From: a virus
Lineage: Duplodnaviria; Caudoviricetes
DNA length: 64,000 nt
Strand: one strand, 5' to 3'
Virus record (IMG/VR): IMGVR_UViG_3300028591_000108
Location: 1 to 64,000 of that record
How positions within the stretch are numbered: the first letter of the stretch is position 1; every line of letters begins with the position of its first letter. Positions 54,793-64,000 of the stretch are shown here, in pieces. Made by a program: the position numbers and the translations under genes. The notes under the pieces are model-generated. The model had not been told where the DNA came from. It worked only from the letters and a program-made list of their open reading frames with translations, and searched no databases.

Positions 54793-56151
54793 TTATAGTA
54801 CATTTGTATCCTCCTTAGCTTCTACTAAAGCAAGAAAATCATTATCTTTTATTTCTGCGTCATGCCATTCACCAGTGATATAACACACCTGTTGCTATTT
54901 TCCTTTGATAGTACGTTTCTTCTATGTTACTGTATAACCAATAGCTGGAAGGCAATCGCGCAGACTATTCCAAGTCATAATCTTTGAATTATTTTTATTC
55001 GCTTTATCCAAGCTGGGGACGGCCATAAGTTCAGCTAATTCACGGCATTCGGGAATAGTAAGCCACCTATTTAAATACTCCTCTGGAATTTGAGAACATA
55101 ATGTTTTTAAATGACGCTAGTACTAAAATGTCTATCGCGGCGCTTGTATTCTATCATCAGCATCGTATGAATCTATAATAACATTATCAAAACGTTTGTC
55201 TATAATATTGATTCCGCGCGCCAAAGCTTTATTCACTACTACAAAATCATATTCCATAGGCACCATTCCTGTAGTAACAATAATATCATATACACGTTTT
55301 TGCTCGGCGTCCATCGGCTTATCAGTATTACTTAACGAATGTAATTCGATAGCGTTAAAGCCACGCTCGTTCGCCGCATTAACTATTCCTTGATTGGGCT
55401 CTATAAAAGGCGAATAGCACCAATAACCACGACCTGGCTCGGGCGTGAGTTTTTTAATATGAGTTACAATATTTGTAAAATAAATATCTGCGGCAATACG
55501 ATAACCTGCTTCTAGTTTACCTGTATTACTAGCGCTTACCAAGCTGGAATAATACTTCCTCGCACGCTCAGGAGTAGCAGATAAGCCAATACACAATATT
55601 CTTCCAGCATTAATAATTTCTTCCCATTTACCTAATAAAATAAGTGGAAGATACTCTTTCGTACTAGAATATGTTTGAATAACAGAAAGGATTTCAGCAT
55701 TTGAAAACTCTTTATCCTTTCTATTATAGTCCCGAGTGCGCGCGAGTTTAAAAGCCGAAGTTGCAAAATCAAAAATAGAATCGCATTCATCCCAACAAAT
55801 TACATCTACATTTTCCAAAAACTATCCCTAGCCTTTTAGTAATTTCATTCCGAAACCCTAGTAGCACATTACGCCAATCTTATTTGTTGTTTCTCCCCAA
55901 ATAGAGGGAGTCTCCCAGAATATGTCCGCATCTGCGCAGACATCCGAATATGATTCTAAAATGGAATCCTTGAGTGCGTTTGTATCTACTAGATATAATA
56001 CTCGATTCAGGGCCCCGTCTCGCGTATAATCCTATAAATGATTTACAGCCCAGTATGTTTTGCCTGTACGTGTGCCGCAATCCAAAATATTATACATGCC
56101 GCGGCGAAAAAATAATTTATTCTAAGCTGCTAAATCTGATACTGTTGTCAT
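54793..56151 (-). CDS. SF2 helicase-like protein (452 aa), TAG-recoded
   Basis: ATG after GAGGTGA. GTRTGKT (Walker A), WDECD (Walker B), GLSATP (motif III), ARGINI (motif V). The frame continues across TAGs to TAA at 54793. Confidence 0.8.
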
Positions 56152-56288
56152 TTACTTCACCTCTATTTTATTATATCAGAATTTCATTTTAAAGTCAAGT
56201 ATTTTTCTGTTATATAATATGAGAAAAAAGTAATCCCAAAACTTGTATATTTCATTTTATTTTAACAACTTTTTGTAATAAATAAATC

Positions 56289-56428
56289 GTAGTATTTTTT
56301 TTACTACCCCCTCCCCCCCTATATAGGTAGTAAAAAAAATACTACATTTTATTTACTATATATAATTTATATATAAATAATAAATTAACTGGAGCGAGCG
56401 TAGCGAGCGGAAGTTAATTTATTATTTA
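56289..56428. repeat. Two long inverted repeats in an AT-rich intergenic region
   Basis: GTAGTATTTTTTTTACTACC/GGTAGTAAAAAAAATACTAC (20 bp) and TAAATAATAAATTAACT/AGTTAATTTATTATTTA (17 bp). Confidence 0.85.
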
Positions 56429-56755
56429 CGCGCCGCAGGCGCGACTAACAGTCAAACTTATAATTTGTCAAATACTTGACTTTTCTCAATTTATATGATA
56501 TAATAGAAAAAAAGAGAGAAAAAATAAGAAAAATATTTGACTTTTGCGAAAATTTGACGCACACACCCAAAAAATACCTATTTTCTTACAAAATTTTGTT
56601 GCAACTCGTAAAAATTTACTACCCCGACCCCTTTCCCATACCGGAAAATTTCGTAATTTCATTTCTTTTTCTTCTCTTTTATTTCGGGTGAAGATGTCCA
56701 CACTAGAAACCCAAAACTTGGCGTCATCCCACTACAAATCTATCGGGGTGATAGA

Positions 56756-56968
56756 ATGTCATTATAGAGTATTTTATTAGATTTAAATGCTAACGATGGC
56801 CCAAATATTCCATAGCGCACACTTGCTGTCTATTGCGGTATTACATAGCCGCAACTTAATTAGTTTATGCGGACTGGGAGCGGCATTAGTGAAGAGAAGC
56901 AAGCGCAGGTTCGGAAGGGACTGGAAGAATTGGCGCTTGAGATTTATAGAACAGTTAAAGGAGACTAA
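56756..56968 (+). CDS. Cro/XRE-like HTH protein (70 aa) with four in-frame TAGs
   Basis: GGGGTGA RBS. MSL(Q)SILLDLNANDGPNIP(Q)RTLAVYCGIT(Q)PQLN(Q)FMRTGSGISEEKQAQVRKGLEELALEIYRTVKGD, similar to the 58877 protein. Confidence 0.7.
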
Positions 56969-56974
56969 TTTGTT

Positions 56975-57463
56975 ATGAAGATACCTTTTTATGCGTTTTC
57001 ATATAAGAAATCCTATTACCTATTCCATCCATTAAAGTTCTTGGGAGAAATACGAACACTTATTAGTAACGTAAAACATCGCCTATTATATTCGTGGGAT
57101 TGGCCCTCTCTTTGGAACATGGATTCCTTTTTAGGGCAGCTCATACCCTCAATGCTTCGAGAATTGGCAGAAAGAAGTTGCGGCGCTCCCTGTGGTATTG
57201 AGGAAGAAGAATATAGGGAATACTTAATAGCGCTGGCGCATTTATTTGAACTTACAGGTATATACGAGTTTTGCGAAGATTATGAGGGCGCGCGAACTTC
57301 TTTGTTGAAGTTACATGACGAGAAATTTTCTAGCGTGGAGCGACTATACGCACGTGCGAAAGCCGCAATAGAAGATGACCCTGATCATTGGACAGTACCC
57401 CTTATTAAGTTTTGTTATACTGAACTCGGAGCTTTAGCCGCAAGAGGCTGGCTCTGGGATTGA
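56975..57463 (+). CDS. Hypothetical protein
   Basis: AAAGGAG RBS, ends WLWD. Confidence 0.7.
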   Translation: MKIPFYAFSYKKSYYLFHPLKFLGEIRTLISNVKHRLLYSWDWPSLWNMDSFLGQLIPSMLRELAERSCGAPCGIEEEEYREYLIALAHLFELTGIYEFCEDYEGARTSLLKLHDEKFSSVERLYARAKAAIEDDPDHWTVPLIKFCYTELGALAARGWLWD

Positions 57464-57602
57464 ACGATTCTGTACAAATCTTGGGGGTTTTCTAACATTT
57501 ATTAATACCTCCTTGGCGCCCTATCGAAAGATAGGGCACTTTTTTATTTGACTTTGGATAGAATTTAGAGTATAATAAGAATAGAAAAGGAGGTAAGTTG
57601 GA

Positions 57603-57824
57603 ATGTTGACTGCGAAAATTAAGTGGCGTAACGATGGAGTTTGGTATTGTAGTGAATGTATGGTAAGACAACCATGCTTGAGGGAAACGTGTGTCTTTTG
57701 CGGCAGTCTGTTTACGAACTTCGAGGATGAGTTAGTGCGCGCGAACGTTCATACCGAAGATGAAAGTACCGAAACTTTCTATCCTGAAGGGTTCGTAGAG
57801 ATGGGGAGGCGCATTATTAAGTGA
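57603..57824 (+). CDS. Double Zn-ribbon protein
   Basis: YCSEC...CVFCGSLFTN. Confidence 0.75.
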   Translation: MLTAKIKWRNDGVWYCSECMVRQPCLRETCVFCGSLFTNFEDELVRANVHTEDESTETFYPEGFVEMGRRIIK

Positions 57825-58015
57825 AAATAGAAGCAAAATATATTGGGCCTAACGGAAACTACAAGTTGGTTACTGGACATTTATATAAGATAAAGATATG
57901 GGTTCACAAGGATTGTATTTATGTTAAGCGCGGTAAGAAACTAATTATTGGATATACTAGTATTCCTGGCTTACTGCGGCATTGGAAGTTTACAGAAGAG
58001 GAGGAAACTAAATGA
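57821..58015 (+). CDS. Small hypothetical protein
   Basis: GGAGG RBS, coupled ORF. Confidence 0.65.
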   Translation: MKIEAKYIGPNGNYKLVTGHLYKIKIWVHKDCIYVKRGKKLIIGYTSIPGLLRHWKFTEEEETK

Positions 58016-58395
58016 CTATTACAGGTTGGATTGTATGTATTATGTTTAGTCTTATGGCAGGTTTGGGTGCGTGGGGACTATGTGAAATGACTGACAGACC
58101 AGCGCTTGCTGTGGCAGCAGGCATCGTAGCAATAGTGCTAATATTTGGAATTGGTTTTTGGTATTGTAATAATACCGCAGATGGCAAGCGTGCAATGACG
58201 GATCAGTATGCGAACCTTTCTAATGGGCTTGAGCGCACGGTAACTGTTTATACAGCAGATGGCAAGGTATTAGCGCAGTACGAAGGCCGCATTGATATTG
58301 AGCAGAACGACGGCGGCTACGTTAAGTTTGACTTCGATGGGAAGCGATACATCTACTATAATTGTTTTGTTGAAAGTATTGCAGACTTGAGGTAA
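58012..58395 (+). CDS. Membrane-anchored protein
   Basis: Two TM segments, then RTVTVYTADGK...YEGRIDI. Confidence 0.75.
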   Translation: MTITGWIVCIMFSLMAGLGAWGLCEMTDRPALAVAAGIVAIVLIFGIGFWYCNNTADGKRAMTDQYANLSNGLERTVTVYTADGKVLAQYEGRIDIEQNDGGYVKFDFDGKRYIYYNCFVESIADLR

Positions 58396-58398
58396 GAA

Positions 58399-58731
58399 AT
58401 GGACGGAAAGCTTTTAGGTAAGATAGATAGTGTACAGTTTGGCTTTGTGCGCGATTACCCTTTTCTATTTGGGCTACAATTAACTTTTAGTCTTAGCGAT
58501 GGTACTGGTGTTGGCACTGGCGCTAGGTATACTGTTAATATATCGGATACATGTAAATGGGATACGCCCGATGAGCGCGAAAAGACTATTACAAAGTTGA
58601 TAGATGAAATTGCTAGTATTATGAAGGATGCGAAAGTAGATAATATTAGTGAATTGAAGAGCAAGCCTGTTGAAGTTACCATTGAAGAGAATATGTTCGC
58701 GCAGTTTAGGATTCTTACGGAAGTGCTATGA
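58399..58731 (+). CDS. Conserved phage hypothetical protein
   Basis: MKDAKVD..SELK.KPVEV...FRILTEVL motif. Confidence 0.75.
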   Translation: MDGKLLGKIDSVQFGFVRDYPFLFGLQLTFSLSDGTGVGTGARYTVNISDTCKWDTPDEREKTITKLIDEIASIMKDAKVDNISELKSKPVEVTIEENMFAQFRILTEVL

Positions 58732-58876
58732 TTTGACAATTAAATAAATTTGGTGTATAATATGGGTAGATAGGAAAGGTCTACCCATTTATTTGTTATA
58801 TTATTAAAAAAATTTTTAATATTTAGAGAAATTATTATAATTTCATTTTAATCTTAACACAATTATAATGGAGGTG

Positions 58877-59083
58877 ATGACAGTGGATGATATCCTAAAA
58901 TTAAAACAATTAATTGATTTAGGTATTCCTGTAACAGTACTTGCGCGCGAATGCCATTGTACACCCGCAAGTATTCAAAACTATTTAATAGGTAAAAGTG
59001 TTCCATCTGGAAGTAAACAAATGGCTATTAAAGATGGATTGAGTCATATACTTAACGCTATAATACAAATTATTAAGGAGTGA
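58877..59083 (+). CDS. Cro/XRE-like HTH protein
   Basis: IPVTVLARECHCTPASIQNYLIGKSVPS. Confidence 0.7.
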   Translation: MTVDDILKLKQLIDLGIPVTVLARECHCTPASIQNYLIGKSVPSGSKQMAIKDGLSHILNAIIQIIKE

Positions 59084-59088
59084 ATAGC

Positions 59089-59268
59089 ATGGAAGAGCGT
59101 AATTGTTACAAAGTGTTTACATGGAAGCTTGCTAACAAGCTTAGCGACTTGGGTTTTCGACCCATCGGTCAGCGATTAAATTATAAAGACCCAACGCGTA
59201 AGGTTATCCTTTTTGAAGATACACCTGAGTTACGGCAAGCTATTGAAAAGCTTACAAAGAAGGTGTAA
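59089..59268 (+). CDS. Small conserved phage protein (DUF5659-like)
   Basis: VFTWKLANKL..LGF...N.KDP...V.LFEDTPEL..AI. Confidence 0.65.
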   Translation: MEERNCYKVFTWKLANKLSDLGFRPIGQRLNYKDPTRKVILFEDTPELRQAIEKLTKKV

Positions 59269-59286
59269 GCAAGGAGGAGCATTATT

Positions 59287-59637
59287 ATGGCATCAAATAT
59301 TAGCACTGAAAGTAAAAAAGCTATCGCATTAACAAGCGATATAGATAAAGAAACTTATAATACAAGTAAACAAATATGGATTATATATCCAGATTTATTT
59401 CAAAAAATTAACGAAAAGATAGATGGAAAATCTGGAAATCAACGTACATTACTACTGTATCTTATTTTTCAACAACAGAATGGAACATTTAGGCCAGCAG
59501 AAGAAACTATTTGTAGATACTGTGCTATGCCACATGCCCGCTATAATGAAGCGCGAAAAGCATTAAATGAAAAGGGGTATATTACTTATATTCCTAATGA
59601 AAAAATTCAAATTAATTATAAAAATATTATGGAATAA
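59287..59637 (+). CDS. Winged-HTH protein resembling replication initiator N-termini
   Basis: LLLYL...FRPAEETICRYC...EARKALNEKGYI, followed by iteron-like repeats. Confidence 0.6.
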   Translation: MASNISTESKKAIALTSDIDKETYNTSKQIWIIYPDLFQKINEKIDGKSGNQRTLLLYLIFQQQNGTFRPAEETICRYCAMPHARYNEARKALNEKGYITYIPNEKIQINYKNIME

Positions 59638-59640
59638 CCA

Positions 59641-59786
59641 GTACGTTGAACGTACTGTACGGTGAACGTACACATTTTTATAATAAAATTAAAGGTGTAC
59701 GTTGAACGTACACCTGTACGGTGAACGTACAAAAATATTAGAGAAAAGTGTACGTTGAGCGTACAAAAAATAAACGTTCACCGTAC
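59641..59786. repeat. Six iteron-like quasi-palindromes GTACGKTGAACGTAC
   Basis: Copies at 59641, 59657, 59697, 59716, 59750 and an inverted copy at 59773. Confidence 0.9.
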
Positions 59787-59879
59787 ACATAACATATAAT
59801 AACAAAATAAATATAAACAATATAATGCGGCGCATGCCCTTGCTGGCGCAAGGGCCGCCGCGGAATGGAGGAAATAAAA

Positions 59880-60068
59880 ATGCTAACCCATGTAACTGAA
59901 CCTACCAATATCAAGACCAAGCTAATCAAGAAATCCGACTATTATGAATGCCCCGAATGCCTTATTCACTTCGCGGCGGCGCCTAAATTTTGTTGGTTCT
60001 GCGGCGCCAAGTTTACTAATCTTTCCGAATGCACTGAGGTATTCCCGCGCGAGGAGGCAGATAAATGA
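59880..60068 (+). CDS. Double Zn-ribbon protein (similar to 57603)
   Basis: YECPEC...FCWFCGAKFTN. Confidence 0.7.
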   Translation: MLTHVTEPTNIKTKLIKKSDYYECPECLIHFAAAPKFCWFCGAKFTNLSECTEVFPREEADK

Positions 60069-60439
60069 CAATTGGCTGTACTATCGCAACGACTTGTTTG
60101 TTTAGTTTTATACTTTTTCTTCTCGTATGGCTCCCCTGGTACTTCGACCTTGACACCTATACAAACTCGGGCACGGATGTAATTTGGATAACCAAAAACC
60201 GCGAACTTAATTGGTTCTTTACACACTTCCTGCTACCACATGCCGTTATGTACGAAAACCTGTGCGACCGCATCAATGGTAACGGATTGGCGTTACTGCT
60301 CCTTCTTTTGTCTCTAGTAACGCTACCCACTACCCTTATTATGTCTCTAATTGGTTTCTCTGTTTTACTAGTTCGTTACCTGTGGCGAACCTTTTGCCGC
60401 GCCTTCGCGCGAAAGGAGGAAGATGAATGGACTATGTAA
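60065..60439 (+). CDS. Membrane protein
   Basis: Hydrophobic segments, coupled ORF. Confidence 0.7.
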   Translation: MTIGCTIATTCLFSFILFLLVWLPWYFDLDTYTNSGTDVIWITKNRELNWFFTHFLLPHAVMYENLCDRINGNGLALLLLLLSLVTLPTTLIMSLIGFSVLLVRYLWRTFCRAFARKEEDEWTM

Positions 60440-60669
60440 CACGCAGTGTAATGCTTAATGTGATATGGCATTACTGTCCTAATAAATTTGGTTTTGACGA
60501 TGCTTTCGAGCAAACTACTATATTTTTTCTCTCAGAGATAATGAATTGTATTATCAATCATATACCATTTGATAGGTCCACCTATGATGAAACAGTTGAC
60601 TTCCTTGATGGGAATGGTTTTAAAGTAGAAGGAAACGAAACTAATGGATATGTTATTACACTTGCATGA
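60427..60669 (+). CDS. Hypothetical protein, tandem paralogue 1
   Basis: GFDDAF...DFLDGNGFKVEG. Confidence 0.75.
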   Translation: MDYVTRSVMLNVIWHYCPNKFGFDDAFEQTTIFFLSEIMNCIINHIPFDRSTYDETVDFLDGNGFKVEGNETNGYVITLA

Positions 60670-60681
60670 GGAAATACCGCA

Positions 60682-60939
60682 ATGACTTATTTAACTCGTC
60701 CACTATTACTTAATTATCTTAAACGCCACTGTCTCACTACTGTAGGTTTTGATGAGGCTTTTGCGCGCGCAGACACGACAATTCTTAATAATCTCTTTTA
60801 TATGATAGAAGAACACAGGCCAATACTTACTCCTTATGAGGAGTATATTGACTTTCTCGATGGCAATGGCTTCTCTGTAAAAAAATTCATGGATAATTTG
60901 TATATATTACAATATTTATACAAAGAGGAACCACAATGA
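60682..60939 (+). CDS. Hypothetical protein, tandem paralogue 2
   Basis: GFDEAF...DFLDGNGFSV. Confidence 0.75.
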   Translation: MTYLTRPLLLNYLKRHCLTTVGFDEAFARADTTILNNLFYMIEEHRPILTPYEEYIDFLDGNGFSVKKFMDNLYILQYLYKEEPQ

Positions 60940-61196
60940 GCTTAAAAGATTGGAAATCAGAATACCTAACTGTGCTTAAACTATATATTCCAAACACTAC
61001 TGGTTTTGATGAAGCATTTTCTAACATATCATCAGACTATTTACTAGCACTTGTTAATCTAATTATACATCCAGAAATGCATAAAGGTATATTCTTTAAT
61101 CCATATGATGAAGTAGCAGATTTTTTAGATGGTAATGGCTTCAAAGTCGAAGGTAGCGAAAAATATGGTTACACAATCACACTTTTAAAAACTTGA
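60936..61196 (+). CDS. Hypothetical protein, tandem paralogue 3
   Basis: GFDEAF...DFLDGNGFKVEG. Confidence 0.75.
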   Translation: MSLKDWKSEYLTVLKLYIPNTTGFDEAFSNISSDYLLALVNLIIHPEMHKGIFFNPYDEVADFLDGNGFKVEGSEKYGYTITLLKT

Positions 61197-61247
61197 CATA
61201 CTTCCAAATTTATGCTATACTATTTATATAAAGGAGATGAATTACAA

Positions 61248-61682
61248 ATGGCATCAGAACAACAACTTACAATTGATGAAATTCGCGCAGATAATGCATA
61301 TCAGGATGGCATGAAAGACTCTATCAAAGCCCTTCATGATATATATATTTTAGGAGACGACAAGCGTGAATTTCTATTTGGCAGTAAAAATTTTCTAACC
61401 ATTATCGGTAGATATACTCCTAAAGAAATGATAGACATTTTAAACAAAAAAGAACAACTATTGGCGCAACAAGTTCTATTAGGAGATGTAATAGAAGGCC
61501 CGCTTTCTTGTTGTTATCTAATAACTTATGTATATAAGGATAAAATCCATTTTGATTGTATCTCTCTTGATGACAATACCTATGGACATGCTATAGAAGC
61601 TACATCACTAAAAGAACTAAAGGCCAAGCGCAAGGAAGAACGACGCACTAATTATTTTGTAATTAAAGGGAGTGAAATTTAA
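61248..61682 (+). CDS. Hypothetical protein
   Basis: TTGACA/TATACT promoter and AAAGGAG RBS. Confidence 0.7.
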   Translation: MASEQQLTIDEIRADNAYQDGMKDSIKALHDIYILGDDKREFLFGSKNFLTIIGRYTPKEMIDILNKKEQLLAQQVLLGDVIEGPLSCCYLITYVYKDKIHFDCISLDDNTYGHAIEATSLKELKAKRKEERRTNYFVIKGSEI

Positions 61683-61888
61683 TGAATATGCCGCATACTA
61701 TCGAGGAACTCGCGCAGATGCTTGCTGAGCGGGACGGTATTAGTTATGAGGAAGAGCTTGCCGCAATTCACTTCGCGGCCGCAGAGATGGAACAGGCTTT
61801 TTATGAAGGGGATTTGTCCCTTGCCGAGGACATTCTAAGAAGCGACCTTGGCCTTGAGCCCGATTATCTTGATTTGTTTATCTACTAA
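61682..61888 (+). CDS. Small acidic protein
   Basis: LAERDGIS.EE...EDIL...GLEPDY motif. Confidence 0.75.
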   Translation: MNMPHTIEELAQMLAERDGISYEEELAAIHFAAAEMEQAFYEGDLSLAEDILRSDLGLEPDYLDLFIY

Positions 61889-61906
61889 GTAAAGGAGTAT
61901 ATTGTA

Positions 61907-62683
61907 ATGGATAAAACCTCACTGGGCGACCGCATGAAAGCCTATGAAAACATCGAGCGGAGATACTTTACTCGGCGCGAGCCCCTCATTATTCGACTGG
62001 ACGGAGTGCATTTCCATAGCTTTACCAAAGGATTCGATCGCCCATTCGACATAAGCTTTCTTACTTGTATGCGTAATACGATGCTGCGCCTATGCGAAAA
62101 TATTATGGGCGCCAAGCTTGCTTACACGCAATCTGATGAAATCACTATCCTTGTCACTGACGATGATACCCTTGAAACCGATGCTTGGTTTGGGAAGAAT
62201 CTACAGAAAATTGTAAGCGTTTCCGCCGCAATGGCTACCAACTTTTTCCACAACGAAATGATGGAAATAGTATACGGAGGTCCGGCTTCTCAGGGTCTGA
62301 ATCATGCCTATGACGAAGAGCGTCTTGCTATTTTTGATGCGCGCACTTTTATTGTGCCGCGTGAGGAAGTTCTTAACGTTTTTGAATGGCGCCAGCAGGA
62401 CTGCACGCGCAATTCTATCCAGTCTGTAGGCCAAGCTTATTTTTCTCATAAAGAACTCGATCATAAATCTTGTAACGATATTCAGAATATGCTTTTTACG
62501 CAAATAAGTATTAATTGGAATAATTATCCACTGAGTCTCAAACGTGGCGTTTGTGCAAAACAAGAACCAACTCTAGTTAATGGAGATGTGTATCGTATGA
62601 AATGGAAACTGGACGAGAATATTCCAATTTTCCATGAACATCCAGACTATATCAATGATATTGTATATCATAAGGAGAAATAA
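61907..62683 (+). CDS. thg1: tRNA-His guanylyltransferase Thg1-like protein
   Basis: LGDRMKAYE, IIRLDG..FH.FT, YTQSDEI, FDAR, WRQQDC.RNSI, KRG motifs. Confidence 0.92.
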   Translation: MDKTSLGDRMKAYENIERRYFTRREPLIIRLDGVHFHSFTKGFDRPFDISFLTCMRNTMLRLCENIMGAKLAYTQSDEITILVTDDDTLETDAWFGKNLQKIVSVSAAMATNFFHNEMMEIVYGGPASQGLNHAYDEERLAIFDARTFIVPREEVLNVFEWRQQDCTRNSIQSVGQAYFSHKELDHKSCNDIQNMLFTQISINWNNYPLSLKRGVCAKQEPTLVNGDVYRMKWKLDENIPIFHEHPDYINDIVYHKEK

Positions 62684-62685
62684 TA

Positions 62686-63063
62686 ATGACTACTAATTAC
62701 ATTATTGACCCATCCGTTTTTTATTGGATTCACGCTCTTAGCGATTTAAAAACGCTATCAATCGTGCTAACTGTTTTCTTGATAATCGGCGCAGCTGTTG
62801 CAGTTTGCTGTTGGATTTATAATTATTTTGAATTTGTAGACTGTGAACTTAATAGATATAAGCGCTATTACATGCTTAGTCGGCGTCTAACCTTTATACT
62901 AGGAATCCCAGGCTTTCTATGCCTTCTTGCCGCAATCTTCCTCCCTGATGTACAGACAAGTATTGAAATGCTTGTCGCGCGAACAGCCACATATGATAAT
63001 GTAAGTTGGACGGTTGAGCAAGTCAAGGAAGTTATTGACTACATCGTCAAGGCGCTACAATGA
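62686..63063 (+). CDS. Membrane protein
   Basis: IIDPSVFYWI, two TM segments. Confidence 0.75.
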   Translation: MTTNYIIDPSVFYWIHALSDLKTLSIVLTVFLIIGAAVAVCCWIYNYFEFVDCELNRYKRYYMLSRRLTFILGIPGFLCLLAAIFLPDVQTSIEMLVARTATYDNVSWTVEQVKEVIDYIVKALQ

Positions 63064-63299
63064 CTAAGTTTATAATAGATACATATAATAAATATGATGC
63101 AATCGACAAGGCGAATTCTCGTCTTGTCTTTTTGCATAATGATTAGTGGTGGGCAATTAAGGAGTTTTAGTATGAAAATGGCTAGTTACAGCGGCCGATC
63201 GGCTTAGAAGAACCTGATAATATTAATGAGCAATTCTTTCTTTACGATACATACTCTGATGCCTATAATTTTGTGAAAAAAATTCGTAGTATTGGATAA
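63060..63299 (+). CDS. Hypothetical protein (79 aa) with three in-frame TAGs
   Basis: ATGA overlap with the upstream stop. It fills the gap only if TAG is read as sense, and ends in TAA. Confidence 0.55.
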
Positions 63300-63362
63300 A
63301 ACAGATAAGTTTCCTTTAATTTCTATTACATATTACATGAAGTAAGATTATATCAAGGAGGA

Positions 63363-63827
63363 ATGGCCATGGCAAATAAATTACCACCTGCGCCTAAAGC
63401 TACACATGAGCTTAAGCAAATCTATCCATGGGATGAACATAGTTTGCAATGGCTTTTCGCGCAGCTTCGTCGCGTTGGATATGCGGGTGACTACGATGAC
63501 TTTAAACAAGCATATGAAGATATGGTGCCACTTATTGAAGGATACGATGGGCCATACCATATTACGCCACGTCTTGGCCTTGAGCAAGTATTAGATACAA
63601 AGAATCGTATGCTCGGTGCGAATATCGTTATTGACCCAATTCCTACTGATATAATTCAGACTGACTTGCCGCCGTATTCAGGTAACTACAATGTTACACC
63701 TATGGCTAACGTAGATCAAATTTTACGCACGCGCGGCACTGTTATGGAAGACAATGTAACTATTGAACAAATCCCATATTATGAAACAACTAACGATGCG
63801 GGTGGATACACCGTCGTAATAGGATAA
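63363..63827 (+). CDS. Probable virion/tail-associated protein with an internal duplication
   Basis: Two copies of Y.G.Y..TP.....Q.L.T....(M/L)..N..I..IP. Confidence 0.65.
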   Translation: MAMANKLPPAPKATHELKQIYPWDEHSLQWLFAQLRRVGYAGDYDDFKQAYEDMVPLIEGYDGPYHITPRLGLEQVLDTKNRMLGANIVIDPIPTDIIQTDLPPYSGNYNVTPMANVDQILRTRGTVMEDNVTIEQIPYYETTNDAGGYTVVIG

Positions 63828-63841
63828 AGGAGGAACTTTAA

Positions 63842-64000
63842 ATGGCGAATTTATACAAAAATAAAATTATATATGGCGGCGATGTCCTTATCGACTTAAC
63901 ATAGGACGATGTAACCGCCGCAGATGTAACTTCTGGTAAAAAATTTCATTTACCTTCTGGCGCGACAGCAACAGGCACTAATACCTATGATGCTGATACT
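63842..64000 (+). CDS. Probable tail fibre-type protein N-terminus, TAG-recoded, partial
   Basis: AAGGAGG RBS. NKIIYGGDVLIDLT(TAG)DDVTAADV..GKKFH..SG...TGT. Confidence 0.6.

Noticed and set aside
56787-56978. 63-aa ORF in the track
   Set aside because: The overlapping frame 56756..56968 has an RBS and an HTH pattern once TAG is read as Gln

Overview
This window is part of a large tailed dsDNA phage genome. The host is probably a Firmicute (inferred from sigmaA-type promoters, strong Shine-Dalgarno sites and an SPbeta-like head gene order). (1) 1-32.6 kb, minus strand: virion morphogenesis genes. They look shredded in the code-11 ORF track because TAG is read as sense, most likely Gln. Reading through TAG restores the terminase, portal, protease/scaffold, neck and tail genes and a single ~5,511-aa tape-measure gene. 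(2) 33-54.5 kb, mostly plus strand: an early/accessory region built from self-contained expression cassettes. 36 copies of a 19-bp palindrome TTAGATGTAWTACATCTAA separate them. Nearly every copy sits exactly 9 bp upstream of a sigmaA -35 box and is followed by a short leader, 1-4 small ORFs and a hairpin terminator that usually contains the stop codon. A three-cassette block is inverted exactly between two palindromes, which suggests the palindrome marks recombination junctions as well as, or instead of, being an operator. Cargo includes two DEDD exonucleases, a kinase-like protein, a GNAT, a HAD nucleotidase, winged-HTH paralogues and an odd tRNA-like RNA. At least two genes here use TAG as a stop, so the genome appears to use two genetic codes. 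(3) 54.8-64 kb: a TAG-recoded SF2 helicase, origin-like inverted repeats and iterons, HTH regulators (one with 4 in-frame TAGs), a Thg1-like protein and the start of a probable tail-fibre gene. No suppressor tRNA, recombinase or CRISPR array was found in the window. All calls come from manual reading, with no database searches.
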